This document shows positions 49,001 through 60,700 of a DNA stretch of 64,000 nucleotides, in pieces. Source of the DNA: Raillietiella orientalis (taxonomy: Eukaryota); contig JAYWIR010000127.1 of assembly GCA_036172245.1 (NCBI GenBank), positions 1 to 64,000 on the forward strand, in the 5' to 3' direction. The notes below the pieces were generated by a model. That model ran no database searches. It was not told the DNA's origin and worked only from the letters and a program-made list of their open reading frames with translations. Numbering within the stretch: the first letter of the stretch is position 1; each line of letters begins with the position of its first letter. The translations under genes and the position numbers were made by a program.

Positions 49001-51690
49001 TGCTCGCAGAACTCGCGGACCGATTCCTTAAAAAGGTCCCAGTCTTGGAGATTCCGGAGCGTGACGCCTCTCAGGTATTCGCGAAGGTGTTCCTTCGCAC
49101 CTGAGAGTCGCGTCCAGTCCCCCGGCAGACGCCAGTCTCTGGATGGCGGTCCTTTGTCGCGAGGCCGCATCTCGAAAATTAACCGGGAATGGTCCGACAA
49201 CGTTGACGCAACCCTCTTCCGTTTGCCGACCCGTGAACACAGGTCAGCGTCGAGGAAGACGTGGTCGATGCTGCGGACCATTCCCCTCTCACCCGCGAAC
49301 AAGTTGCGCGCACGCATGGCGGCGCACAACTCGTTCATCGCGTTCACCTGTGTTTCCGGCTCACCTGTTAGCAGGCGGAGATTGAAATCTCCCGCTATCA
49401 GGTGAGCCTTCCGCACGCTCGTGTTCGCCAGCCAGTCGCGCTTCAAGGATTCAAGCAGCCTAGTACGGTTGCTGTATCCCTTTTGACCGGTTGGGGCGTA
49501 CACATTCGTGACGATCAGATCGATCGAGTCGGACCAGCCGAGAGTCAGCTGACCGACCCGACCGTCGTCATCGAAGCGCACGCCCTTCACGGCAGCGTCG
49601 ATGGCCGGCTTCACGAAGAACGCGACCCCGCAGGTGTTGCGGATGCCGCATTGCCAGTACAGCCGATCCCCTGCGATCATCTCGATCTCCTGGACGTCTG
49701 CCGCGGTGATCACGTGGATCTCCTGCAACAGGGCCAGGTCGAACTCCCGCAGGGTGTCGGCTGTATCTCGCCTGTTACCGTCGTCGCGCACCCCGTTGAC
49801 ATTCCAACAGGCCGCGCGAAACCGACGGCGACTGGCGAGCCCAGGTGTTACTCCTGGGAAGATGGCAGTGCGGCGTCCGCCACCTGCTGGGGCGAGACGC
49901 TAGGTGGAGCAGGGGGGTCAGGTGCTGAAGGCACCTGGTCCCCCTCCTCCATCGGTGCCGGCGCGTCGGCCGGATCACCCGCAGGTGGAGTCGCGCCTAC
50001 CTGTTCGCCCTCCTCCATGGGGGCGGGCTGTTCAGGGTCGGCGCCTGCAGGGGGGACTTCACCCCCTGTTCACCCTCCTCCATGGGGGTGGCCGCATCGA
50101 CGGCTTCCGAGCGTGGGAATTCCTCCTCCGAATTTCCCACGCTGGCGACGGCTTCCGTCTTCTCCTCCTCGCTGGTGGAGGGGAGGCGCCTCCTGGGCTT
50201 CTGGGACTTGCGTCCCGACTTCCTGGGGGGTGCCTCCGAGGAGGAGGATGTGCTTCCGGCCTTCAGGTCTAACTCACCTTTGGGGGCCTTCCTCGCCGGA
50301 GCCGGCCTTCGCACGACCTTGCGCGAGGGGTTCTCACGCTCGGCCAGCGTGACCGCGAGCTCCTCCGCCGCCTGCGCGAACGCGGCGTCCGCGGCTTCGA
50401 CCGCCGCTATGTCGCGCGGCTCACCCTCTGTGTAAACAGAGGGTTCGCCGTCGCGAGCCTCGGGCGCAGCCGAAACGGCAAGGGGAGGATCGACGCTCCG
50501 GGTGGCAATCTCGGGAACGACGATTCGTTCCAGTGCCACCGTGCACTCGCGCAAAGTTTTCGAGCGCGGACCGGGTTTTTTCGGCTAACCGGCCGTCTTG
50601 CGCTCTTAGCTTTCCGCGGGTGGGAGTTTCCTCGGCTTTCTGGCCTCTACAAGCTGCCATCCCTCTTCGCCTTCCACCGTTTCAGAAGGTTTATCCTCCG
50701 GCTTACGCGCCGGAGGTTGAGGTGTTGGCAGCTTGTGCTGGCCCTTTTCTACTTTAGGTCTAGAGACCTTCGAAGCACGTTTCGCCTGCGCTTTTTTCGC
50801 GGCAGGGGGAACCGGGGTGGGGCGTTTGGGACACACGCGCCGAACGTGGCCCCGCTCCCCGCACAAATGGCATTGTATATTGGGACACCTTTTACGTAAG
50901 TGTTTCACGGTATCACAATGCCCGCAATACCGGGGCTTCCCTACATACCACAGGTCGACGTTTTCTTGCGCCACCTGTAGTTTGTGGGGAAGCCCACAAT
51001 TCTCCCGTACGGTGACCCGCGCTGCAGCCTGCCCACCAAAAAGGCTATCGAAGCCGTCGAAAATGGAAGGTTTCGGCCACAGTGCGTGCACCTCACCGTA
51101 CTTTCTCAGTTCCTCACCAACCGCTGACCGCGTCATGCGGCTGGTGATGCCAGTCATGTGGACCACCACGGAGCGGTCCATGGATACTGGCAGGATCTTG
51201 CGGCCGTCTACGTTTAGCGGCGCATGGATTAGGAGTTGAGCCAAGGTGACATCTTTGCAGACCACCTCGACCCGCTGCCCGCCGCTGAGGACGGAGAGGC
51301 CGTCCAGATCCTTCTCTGTAACATTCGCGTCCTTCAACGCTTTGTTGAAGGCGCGCGCTGTCCGGCCGTCGAACAAGTTGCCTACCTGGTATACAAGCGA
51401 TGGCTTGTACCCGGAGGCCTTGTATGCGGCCATCTCCGCCATGGGTTCTGCGCTGGGCGCGGCCACCATGGCGCTCCATGTCCTCGGCGTGGCCGGGGAT
51501 GATTCCGGGGCGGCTGACCCTGCTCCAGTAGGCTGTGGGGGCGAACTAGCCTCCCCCACTCCCACCTCCATCGCGGTGTCCTCTGGCGTCGTGGCCATTG
51601 GACACCGACGATGTACACAAAACACCACACGGAAGAAAAAGCGCTTTCCTACTACTCTTTGGGGAGTGAAGGAAAAACACGTCCTCCATC
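46039..51690 (-). mobile_element. Full-length (~5.65 kb) LINE, subfamily B; best-preserved copy, inserted in sense orientation into ORF1 of a subfamily A element
   Basis: 5' motif at 51671-51684, ORF1 MATTPEDTAMEV, ORF2 in three long overlapping frames and a perfect hairpin CCCGGG-CGTA-CCCGGG. TSD-like 46026-46038 / 51693-51705. Confidence 0.94.
46250..49850 (-). pseudogene. ORF2 (APE-RT-CCHC), broken by about two frameshifts
   Basis: Track ORFs 48697-49791 (APE), 47087-48841 (RT, AYADD, KYLGV) and 46069-47730 (CARCGERKPLPHLIVDC). Confidence 0.94.
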
Positions 51691-51692
51691 TG

Positions 51693-53047
51693 GCCGCGGA
51701 GGGTTCTGGCTGCAACGAAGCTGCCAGCTCCTCCGCGGCTCGCGCGAAGGCTACGTCATCGATGGTGGTGTCCATGACGGGCGCCGCCGCCGGCTCGCTC
51801 CTCTCGCTGTTGACTGTGTCAACAGAGGGGAGGTCGTCGGTAGGGGCGAGTTCCTTCCGGCAACGTTCGGCCACATCGAGAACGCGTTCGACAACGTCGC
51901 TGCACTCTTTAATGATCGCGCTACATTGCTCTTTCTTCTTCTGTTGGTAGGCGATTCTCCTTTCCATCCTCCTCTCCTTCTTTGATTTTTTGGCCGCTGC
52001 CACTTGCCAATAAGTCTCCTGGCCGGCTCCCCTAACTTTTTCGGCGTTGTTCGCCGGGGTCTCGGGTGCGGCCTGGTTCTTAGGCGCGGGTGGCACAGCC
52101 TTCGCGGCAGCTTTCGCCGCCAGCCTTTTCTGCAGAAGCCGGGCGCGTTTTTTAATGTTTCTCTTGGAAACCACCCGCACTGCTGCTTTTGGGCACACCT
52201 TTCTCCTGTGGCCCATTGTGCCGCATACTTGGCACTGCACGTTGAGACACCTCTTTTTGAGGTGGCCCGACGTATTGCAGAAGCCACAGTATTTCGGCTT
52301 CCCCACATACCAGAGGTCGTCGGTTTCGCCTTCGACCACCAGTTTGTGGGTAAGAGTGCAGCCCTCCCGAACGGTCACGCGCGCAGCAGTGAAGCCGTGT
52401 TGCAGCTCTGTGTAGTCCTCGAAAGGACTAACTTTCGTCCACTGCGCGTGGACCGTTCCAAACTGTTCCAAAGCGGCGCGAACCTGTTCTTTGCGCATTC
52501 GCGCGGTCACGCCTAACAGGTGGACCACCATGCTGTGGTCCGCTGTAGTGGGGAGAAGCCTGAGCGTCCCCATCACAACGGGGGTTTCAAGCAGTCTTCG
52601 GGCGAGCTCTGCATGTTTGCAGATGACCTCAATGTAGTGACCCCCGCTACGGATGGTCATAGCGCTAAGCTCCTCCTCTATCACATCGAAAGCGCGCATG
52701 CCCTTCAAGAAGGCGCGCGCGCTCTCTAAAGAATATAAATTGCCTACCTTGTAGAACAATGAGGGGTTGTACCCCTCCTTAACATAGGTCGACAATTCCG
52801 CCGCGGCTGCAGGCGATGGCGCCGACACAACGGCGCTCCACGCTCGCGCTGCTGCGGGGACCGATTCTGTGGGGGCGGATGCCCTCACCTCCATCGCCTC
52901 TGGGGGCGACGTTGCCGCTTCCCCCGGGCCATCCCTGGTGGTCGCGTCAGGCATCGCTGCCTGATCGACCACCGAACCACACGACGCTTGCACTGGGGGA
53001 GACTTCCTGGCACGAGGAGCACCGAGAAAACACGTCCACCCTAAAGC
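51693..53047 (-). mobile_element. 5' end and ORF1 N-terminal part of the subfamily A element at 41855-46038
   Basis: 5' motif at 53024-53037, MPDATTRDG and CGFCNTSGHLKKRC / CQVCGTMGHRRKVC. Confidence 0.92.
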
Positions 53048-55138
53048 GCACAAGGCGGTCGACTGCGTGGACCAGGATCTTCTTCTGGAGTTCCTGGGAC
53101 GCATGGGCTTCCGTCTCTCCGTACTGACCTACCTGCGCTGTTGCTAACGCAGCTCGCTAATTAATATCTCTTTAAGAGGTGAAATGGCGTACGGCGTGCC
53201 GCTACGGCTGGGTATACGGCAGGGCGACAGCTTCAGTCCCCTGCTCTTTAGCACCTACTTCGAGTTTGTGCTGAGAGCTTATAGGGTGACTTTGTAACCG
53301 TTGCCGAGCTCGTGCACCAGCACGCCCGCCGTAGCAGCGTACGCCAACGATCTTCTGCTCCTGATGCCGATGTCCACCCCGAAGGAGGCGGTCGGGAATT
53401 TTTTCGATCGGCTCAGCCGCAGGAACAGACTGCAGGTTAACAGATCGAAGTCTTCGGTGGTGCCAGTTGGTGCGTCGAGGACTGGGCAACAGGATTGGGT
53501 TTGCTTGGGGATCCCCACGGCCAAGTGCCTGAAATACCTGAATTTGCGCTGGGATACTATTCATCTTCGGATGCGTAATCCGGCTGCCTCCAAAAAGTGA
53601 AAACGGCGATCCGCCAGTTCCTGGAAGACAAGTTTCTCCTTCAGGAACGGGCTGCGGTGTGAAACACGTTCGCGGCTCCCATCCTCCGTTTCCTGCTTTT
53701 TGTTTGCCCCGTCCCCAGAGAGTTGAAAAAACGGACGAAGGACCTCCTGAGAATTGCCCTCTGGGAAGAGGGAGGCCCCGAGTCCCATTGAAGGACATGT
53801 GTGCTCCACGTCGGGGTGGCGGTCTCTGCCTCTTGACGATGGAGCGAGTACAGATTCAGCTCGATGGCGAACTCTCACCATGGCAGCGAAGTTATGGAGC
53901 ACCCCTTGGTGCGTTTCGGCTCAACTCGTTGCCAGCCGTGTATCCGGGACGGAGGGTCTCGCGTCTCATCTTCTGTGCCGTGGCAAGAAGATCAAGAGAT
54001 GCGACCTTCTCCTGGGACGCATGGTAACTCTGGCTAAGGAAAACGGCTACTTGGTATGCAGCCCCGCCAACTCCTTACCATGGCTGGAGGGGACAGCTGG
54101 CACGTGGGCGAAGACCAATGAGAATGATGAAGAGATGTGGAACTGCCTGCGACGCGGCGCCTATTCCCGCTGCTCTGTGCGGAAAATACTCCAATGTTCC
54201 GCGAGAAGAACGTGGGCAGGGACAACCTCCTAGCTACGGCGATGCCTTTCTTGAGAAGGGCGCTCTCCAGCAGTTGCAAGCCTAGGTCGCATGTCTCCTG
54301 CCGTATCGCATGCAGAGAGAAGAAGATCGGATGGACCACGGGAGAACTGTCAGACGCCACGACCCCGAGTGCCTTCTTGAGAGGACTTCTAAGATGGGAC
54401 GATCTGCTCGGCATCTAGCCGGATGACCTGAAGTTGCCCCCGGTATTCATTAATTCGAAGATCCTCCCCTGGTGTGCGAGTAGTCGGCTCTTCTGTTGTT
54501 GCATTGGGGCCTACGCTGCAACCCACGCCGCCACCACTGCACCAGAGGTCGAGTAGATCCTGACTGCATCAGGTGTGGGGAGCGGGTAACCCTCCCCCTC
54601 CTCCTGCTTTATTGTGCTGCACTCCGAACCCTGTGGAAACGTCTTCGTGCATCCCTACGGATCCAGGAGGGCAGCCAGCCCAGAGACGTTTTCCGGCTTC
54701 TGTTCGTGAAGGATGCAATGCGACCAGGCGCTGCCCTGGCTGCACTTTGCTGCGTCCGTGGGATCGTGACGTGCTGGAGCGACGCAAGAAGACCGAGCCA
54801 CGACAGGGATGCCGTCGTACTTGGAGTCCCCTACCTGCGGATTACGACCAGATGGTCCCACCTGCGAATTATGCGGACGGACCTGGAGGGCATCCTGCAA
54901 AGGATGGACCCTCCTCCCAGTGGTCAGTGATCCCTCCCCAACCTTCCGAAATCTTATTGTTTGTTATGTTGTATTTTTCCTTTTGTTTTTCCTTCCACCC
55001 CATTTGCTGCTGAGGAGAGTCGCGTCGGTCTGCGTACTGGCATCCCGGAAGGTCCTGTTGAGTCTACCGTAGTGGGGCCTCGTACCACTTATTGTAGAGA
55101 ATTTATAATAAACGCCTCGGCGTGACCGGCTGGCAACT
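53048..55138 (+). mobile_element. LINE 3' half; continuation of 41037-41854
   Basis: Resumes at HKAVDCVDQ, then AYAND and CIRCGERVTL. Terminal motif at 55107-55133. Confidence 0.9.
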
Positions 55139-55400
55139 GGCAACTTGGCGTCCGTATTGACGATCGTGATCGGACTCCAGTTCTTTGAATCTCTGAGATC
55201 TCCCCCTTTCGGAAGGAGCCTCACTCTGGCTAAGCGAAACGAGGCGGGAACATCGCCGTCGTCTCGGATCAGCCTTATCAACTGAAGCAGCAGGGATGCC
55301 AGCTCTTCCGCGAAGCTCTGAAAGAACTCCGCGGAAAAGCCGTCTTCCCCTGGAGCTTTACGCCTCTTGAGCGTTCTGGTACCGGCGAGAATTTCGTTGT
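55139..55400 (-). pseudogene. LINE ORF2 pre-RT fragment
   Basis: IRDDGDVPASFRLARVRLLPKGGDLR..NWSPITIVNTDAKL. Confidence 0.88.
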
Positions 55401-55402
55401 TG

Positions 55403-57410
55403 GTGTGCCATCCGGATATGCCGTAGCATTTATTAATCTAATCTTTACAGAATTAGTTCATAAATTCAATGAACAGTTTGTTGGGGAAAACACTTGGCTT
55501 TCCCACGCTAGCAGGCGTGTCGGGAGCCGGTGCCTGGACCGGCAAGGTCCTCTCCCGAGGCGTAGGGGAATGGGAAACTGGAACAAAAAGAAACAACAAG
55601 AGAAATAATGGGGAGGGAAACAGTTTTATGATGGAGTGAGGGGCAGGGAAGAGATCACTGTTCACCTGGGTTGGGCCTCGGATTCCTATTCAGGATGCAG
55701 ACAAGTTCTGTTCTTTTAGTGGGAAGTAGACGCCAGCATTTCGCCGTCTCCTAAGAGATCGTCGTCCAGTAAATGGCGTACCTGCATCTTGGGCCTCTTC
55801 ATATTGCGTGCCAGCTTTGCACGATGCTGCGCACCCATCAGACGATTCGTAGAGATGTAGCGGGGCGCAGACCGTCACGCAGAAAGAGGCGAAGGAAAAC
55901 TTCCTTCGGGTCGCCTACTGGAAGATTAAGGATTGGTCGATTCGACTCCAGAGTCCAACCAGGGCGACACACTCGAGGGTGAGATGCGGGAAGGTTTTCC
56001 TTACAGAGCACTCGACACAGCGGGCATCCACATTCCCCAGTGTCCAGTGAGACAGGCATGCTCTGCTTAACAGTCCTCAGTGCAGAAATAGCAACGCCGT
56101 CTCCTGCCACTTTAACGGAAGAGTGCCGCAATCCAAACACGCTGAGGGCCACTTCACCTCCTCCGAAAGTATACCTAGCAGCTCTTCCAAGCGCACAAGT
56201 CCGTGAAGCGGGACGTTCGGGTGACGGCTTCCGTTAGCTCCCGATTCGTCCACGCCTTTAAAGGTCTTCTCCTGCCTCGGATGAAGCATGATAGTTTCCA
56301 CGATGCTTCCTCGTTGCTGCTCCCAATGTTCTCCAGGGAGCAAAGAACGGGGGCAATTGGAGTGAACGGAGCCCACAGAAGCATCCTGGGCGTGTAGATA
56401 TTCTCCTTCAGCGGCTGTCGAGCGTACGTTCGTCGACGTACGCAGCTGTATTCCGCTCCGCTCGTGCCGTTCATCTAAGCCCACGTTGACACTGACTCCT
56501 AAAGCCAGGTAGTGCAGTTCTCGGGGAGGAATGAGATCCAAATGTTCTCCCTCATCAGGACGATCATCTGGCGCGGATGGAAGCCACAGTTTTTGCTGAC
56601 GTTGCGCTGGTAGGCCACGAGGATGGAGGACAATCCTCCGATGGCGGTCCCTTATCTGGCGAGAGGCCATGCCGGTTCGCACGTAGGCGTCATCCATAAG
56701 CTACTTGGAAGTGCTTGCTTCCGAAGGTTGATTTGTTTTTCCATGCGCTCCATCGTCAGGAGGCCCAGACCACCGTCCCTGCGTGGAGCGCACAAGTCTT
56801 TCATTCGGACTCGCGAAATCGCAGTGCCTTAAAGAGCAGTCCTCAAGAGGGCTCTGGCCCGTCTCTGTATGATGGGAGGGGCGGGGCAAACAGAAAGTAA
56901 GGGGCAAAGAAGGGGGGCCGCGAACGCGTTCAGCACTGCAGCCCGCTCCTGCAATTAAAACTTGCAGTTACAGAACGGGCCGATCGCCAACACCATCTTT
57001 TGGAGACGGTCGGAGCAGGCTTCTTCTTGATAGAAGACGCCCAACAAAACGCCAAGGTACTTGAAGCACCTGCCCATAGGGATCCCCAAGCGGAACCATT
57101 CCGACCGCTCGGCTTGAGCCGTAGTCGAAGATGTCGGAACAATCATAAATTTTTCCCTGTTCAACTCGAGGCCCGTCCCGCGCCGCAGCAACTCAAATCA
57201 ATCTTCGAGAGCCGACGCCGAGGTGGACCCGGGGAGCAGGAGCAGAAGGTCATTGGCGCAGGCCGACACGGCAGTTGTGCCGGCACACGAGCTCGCCAGA
57301 TTTGCCAGAGTCTGCCTGTATGCCCTTAGCACCAGCTCGATGTAGAAGCTAAAGTGACCAAGTGTCGCAGACGAACGCTTTACGCAGATCGACTGCGACA
57401 GCAAGGGTTA
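55403..57410 (-). mobile_element. Decayed LINE 3' half with an internal RT deletion
   Basis: AVDLRKAF is joined almost directly to FSFYIELVLRAYR. Also ACAND, FKYLGV and WQETALLFLH, with a degenerate terminal hairpin at 55409-55434. Confidence 0.85.
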
Positions 57411-57790
57411 CGGGCGTGGCTCTTCCACCTCTTTCCACTGCTTTCTTGCCCTCGTCAGAGAAGCGATATTTAAAAATGTGCCGTGATTCATGTGTCGAGG
57501 CGTAAGCCCAACCGTTTCGGGGTCAGGGCCGTTTTCAGTGGGCGTGTCGCTAAACGCGTGATTTCGCGCAATGGTTTCCAACTTTCCCACAAACTCCATA
57601 TCGGAGGCGAGTTCGTCGACGTCAGGTGAGTGGGTAAACCAAAGTTTTGCGGAATTTGTAAGTCGTTCGGGCATCTCAAAAAGAGATGCCTGGACGCACT
57701 ATGCCCAACTTGTGGCGAGAAGGGTCATACCAAAGTGGTGTGCCCAAAGAACGCCGCTCCGCCACCGTCGAAATCTCCCCTAGGAAATAA
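57411..57790 (+). pseudogene. LINE ORF1 fragment (double CCHC knuckle); right edge of the cluster
   Basis: GKPKFCGICKSFGHLKKRCLDALCPTCGEKGHTKVVCPK. Confidence 0.9.
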
Positions 57791-60700
57791 GGAATTCTTA
57801 CTTTGCCCTGAAGTTGGCATTGAAGAATGTTCAAAAGAAAGAAAAAATAAAAGTTTTCTTTACAGAATGGATTCGAACATTTCAAGTTGAAATGCATTTT
57901 TTATTTTCGCAAGGATACCCAGAAATTCAGACACCTGTTCTCCTGGATTAATCTACCCAAAATTTTGACTTTGCAGAGGAGTGTGTTCATGTCTCTGTGA
58001 AGATAAGTGAATGGGTTTTCGGAGGTTATCAGAAAGTAATTAAAGTTATCGGTGGCCTGGTATTGGTTGCGAGGATGAAAAATAAACAGTTGGTGTATTG
58101 ATATCAAACGCATTTTTGTACATGAAGAGGTTTGGGTAGGAAAGCTGTAAGCTTAAATAAGTCCTACAGTTACTTCCATGGCAACAAGTGGAAATTAGGG
58201 TATGAGGATGATGGGACCATTTTAGAATGCCAAGGCGAGAATTTTTACCGTGGTGGTGATGATGAAACCATGTGGGTTGAATTTTGAGATTTGTGCTTCT
58301 ATGAGTGAAGGGAGAGGAAATGATGTGTTTCGTTTCCACGTTGCGTGCATTGGATTAGCCAGATTCAAGAAATGTGATAAATGGAGATAGTTGTATGGAA
58401 GGTCGCAATGGGATGGTGAATCAGGAAGGTTCGGAGAGGAGAGTAGCTGCCGAGAATGTCTATGGTGCAGGTGACTGGACACAAGAGGGTCAAAAACAGA
58501 GCAATGAAGACATTGGGAGATACTTCAGAGAAGTCATCGGAAAGAAGAACCTCTAACAGATTGCCTCTGCTCACCTGAGTGGTGTACGCAAGGCGCACGA
58601 AAACTTGCCATCGCCCCTTGAATCCCGAGATGGCAATAACTTGGTGAGAAGGAGTGGGTTTATGCCGTCATGATCCATCAAAAATTTTTCCAAACTACTT
58701 CCTCCAGAAGCACATTCGTTTCGAGAATTCTTTCAATTCATCGTGAAAACGCCTACGTTGCATCATCTGTAGGAAGTATGGAAACTCGAGCAGACATGCT
58801 TGCAATGTCTTAGCTGCATGATCTGTAGAAAAGCTTGCAAGTTTCAAGTAAAAACTCGCATCTGGAGCATATCATTGCAAGAACTGAGGTGCCTGCTGCA
58901 GAAGCCTGGCTCAGCCGTCGTCATTTCCCGAGTGTTGTCTTCAAACCTGGCTCCGAACACATGAGATTACTTGAAATGCATCCTGAAGTTTATATTCACC
59001 CACAGTTCTGAGAGTACAAGTCTGAGAGTACACTTCTGAGACACAAGTTGCAACATTAGCGTTTCTCGTATCAGTTAACTTAATTTCGGAGATTCTCGGC
59101 AGCAGTGGAGAGACTTCAGTGCTTCTGCATTGCGGATGTTATTCTAGCTTGTCGGTTTCTCTCCCTTCCATTCATTCATTCTTCGTTATTGGGTTGCTTG
59201 CCACAGGTTGCAGATTCTGGAAACTCACCCATCGCCGCGTGTGCTTTACAACGGCGAAGCCTCGAGTTCGCTCACCATTCATCGAGCAATGCGCTGTGCT
59301 TCTGCCGAGTAATATCCTTCTAGGGAGCTATCAGTTAAATCCATCTGCATAGCATTCAGTAACAGTACTGATTTCTGTGCATGAACAGGTCAGATGATCA
59401 GATGACATTTGACTCGCACGCACCGCGCTTGCGACCTGGCTGCATGGTGTGCACTGCAGTTCGTGAGGACAAGAAACGAAAGACACGGACCTGGTGGTCT
59501 TACGTTTGAAAGCTCTGCGGATGGATGGGCGTCTTTGATGGTTCCTCTATTTTAGGAAATGAGAATAAATGAGAACGCAAAACTGTTTATTTCTTCACTA
59601 CAAAGAAAAAAATGATAAGTCTTTCTCTTATTATCAGTTGCTTGCATGGTATTCTTCGGGAGCGTATTATACGAGGTCGACACGAAAGGAAGCACCTGGC
59701 GTGAATTCCAGCCAGCATGAGGAGTGTTTATTGAAATTGCACGTTACACTGAAAGGAGTTAATATTGACATGTGATCGTCCAACTCCATGTCGGAACTGA
59801 AATAAATAAAGTTAGGGTTATAATAAAAAACATGCTCTTTGAAAGAGAAGGCTCTCTCTGAATGGTAGTTTGGGTGCTTTCATTCCATGAATTCTGTAAA
59901 CGCAATGGATGATTCTCATGAGAAGTTTGGATTTGGGCTTTGGCATTTGGATTTATGAAACTATGTTGAAATCGAGAAAAATTGTAATATGCAGTTTGCC
60001 ACCCCGTGTCACGCAATCAGGTTGATAATCGTTGCGAGGCTCCATTGCCTTGCGAGTTTATCAAAGGTGATATAAAAATCACGAAAAGACAGCATCGTTG
60101 ATCATCAACATTCTTTAATGGCTTTCAAAATGCGGAACATGGAAAGCTTTGAGTTGCGCATTCATCCTGTGATGAAAATCGCATGCAGACGCAGGACAGA
60201 AGTTCCCATTCGGATTGCATCTCGTATTTGTGAGGAAATATCAATGCAAATAAGGTAAAGCAAAGTCCATGTTTCGATGCTGAAATGGAGAGGTCTCTTA
60301 CCCATTTTCAGGTGACAATATGCAAGAAGTGTAACAGGGAGTTCCCATTAAGGAGACTTCAACATACTGCGGGAATCCGTCGTCAGTCTGAGAAATCCGA
60401 TATGGCATTTCTCAGAGCGTATTGTCATCTTACCGTGAAATCGATCGAGCATTGTTCGTTACGGTATGTCCTCCATACATTAGGTCCCCAACGTAGCGTG
60501 CAAGCATCCATAGACTTATTTCGTGTTTCGTGGATTCTCATTGCACAGTTTCCAGTGAACTTCCGAAATTTCAAGTGATCCCAGTTCTCGTTGGCTTTTA
60601 GACTGTTTGCGGCAGACATGCTGATTGCCAAGAAAAGAACTACGGCCTGCAGAAGCAGCTGAAACGCATCATTTATCTCTTTGCATAGTCTTCCAACATG

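Larger units (their letters stand above)
1..57790. mobile_element. Nested cluster of L1/Tx1-type non-LTR retrotransposons (begins left of the window)
   Basis: Both strands repeatedly carry APE motifs (WNVNG, LQEIH, NVYAP, GDFN, DHVF, SDH), RT motifs (KAFD, GIRQGDSLSP, YADD, KYLGV), a C-terminal CxxCGExEsxxHxxxxC and ORF1 double CCHC knuckles, with almost no intervening unique DNA. Confidence 0.97.

Noticed and set aside
57900..58600. Short hydrophobic or His-rich minus-strand ORFs
   Set aside because: They are fragmented across frames with no recognisable domain, so a gene call cannot be supported.
59005..59050. Short TCTGAGAGTACA tandem (about 3 degenerate units)
   Set aside because: Too short and without spacers; an ordinary micro-duplication.
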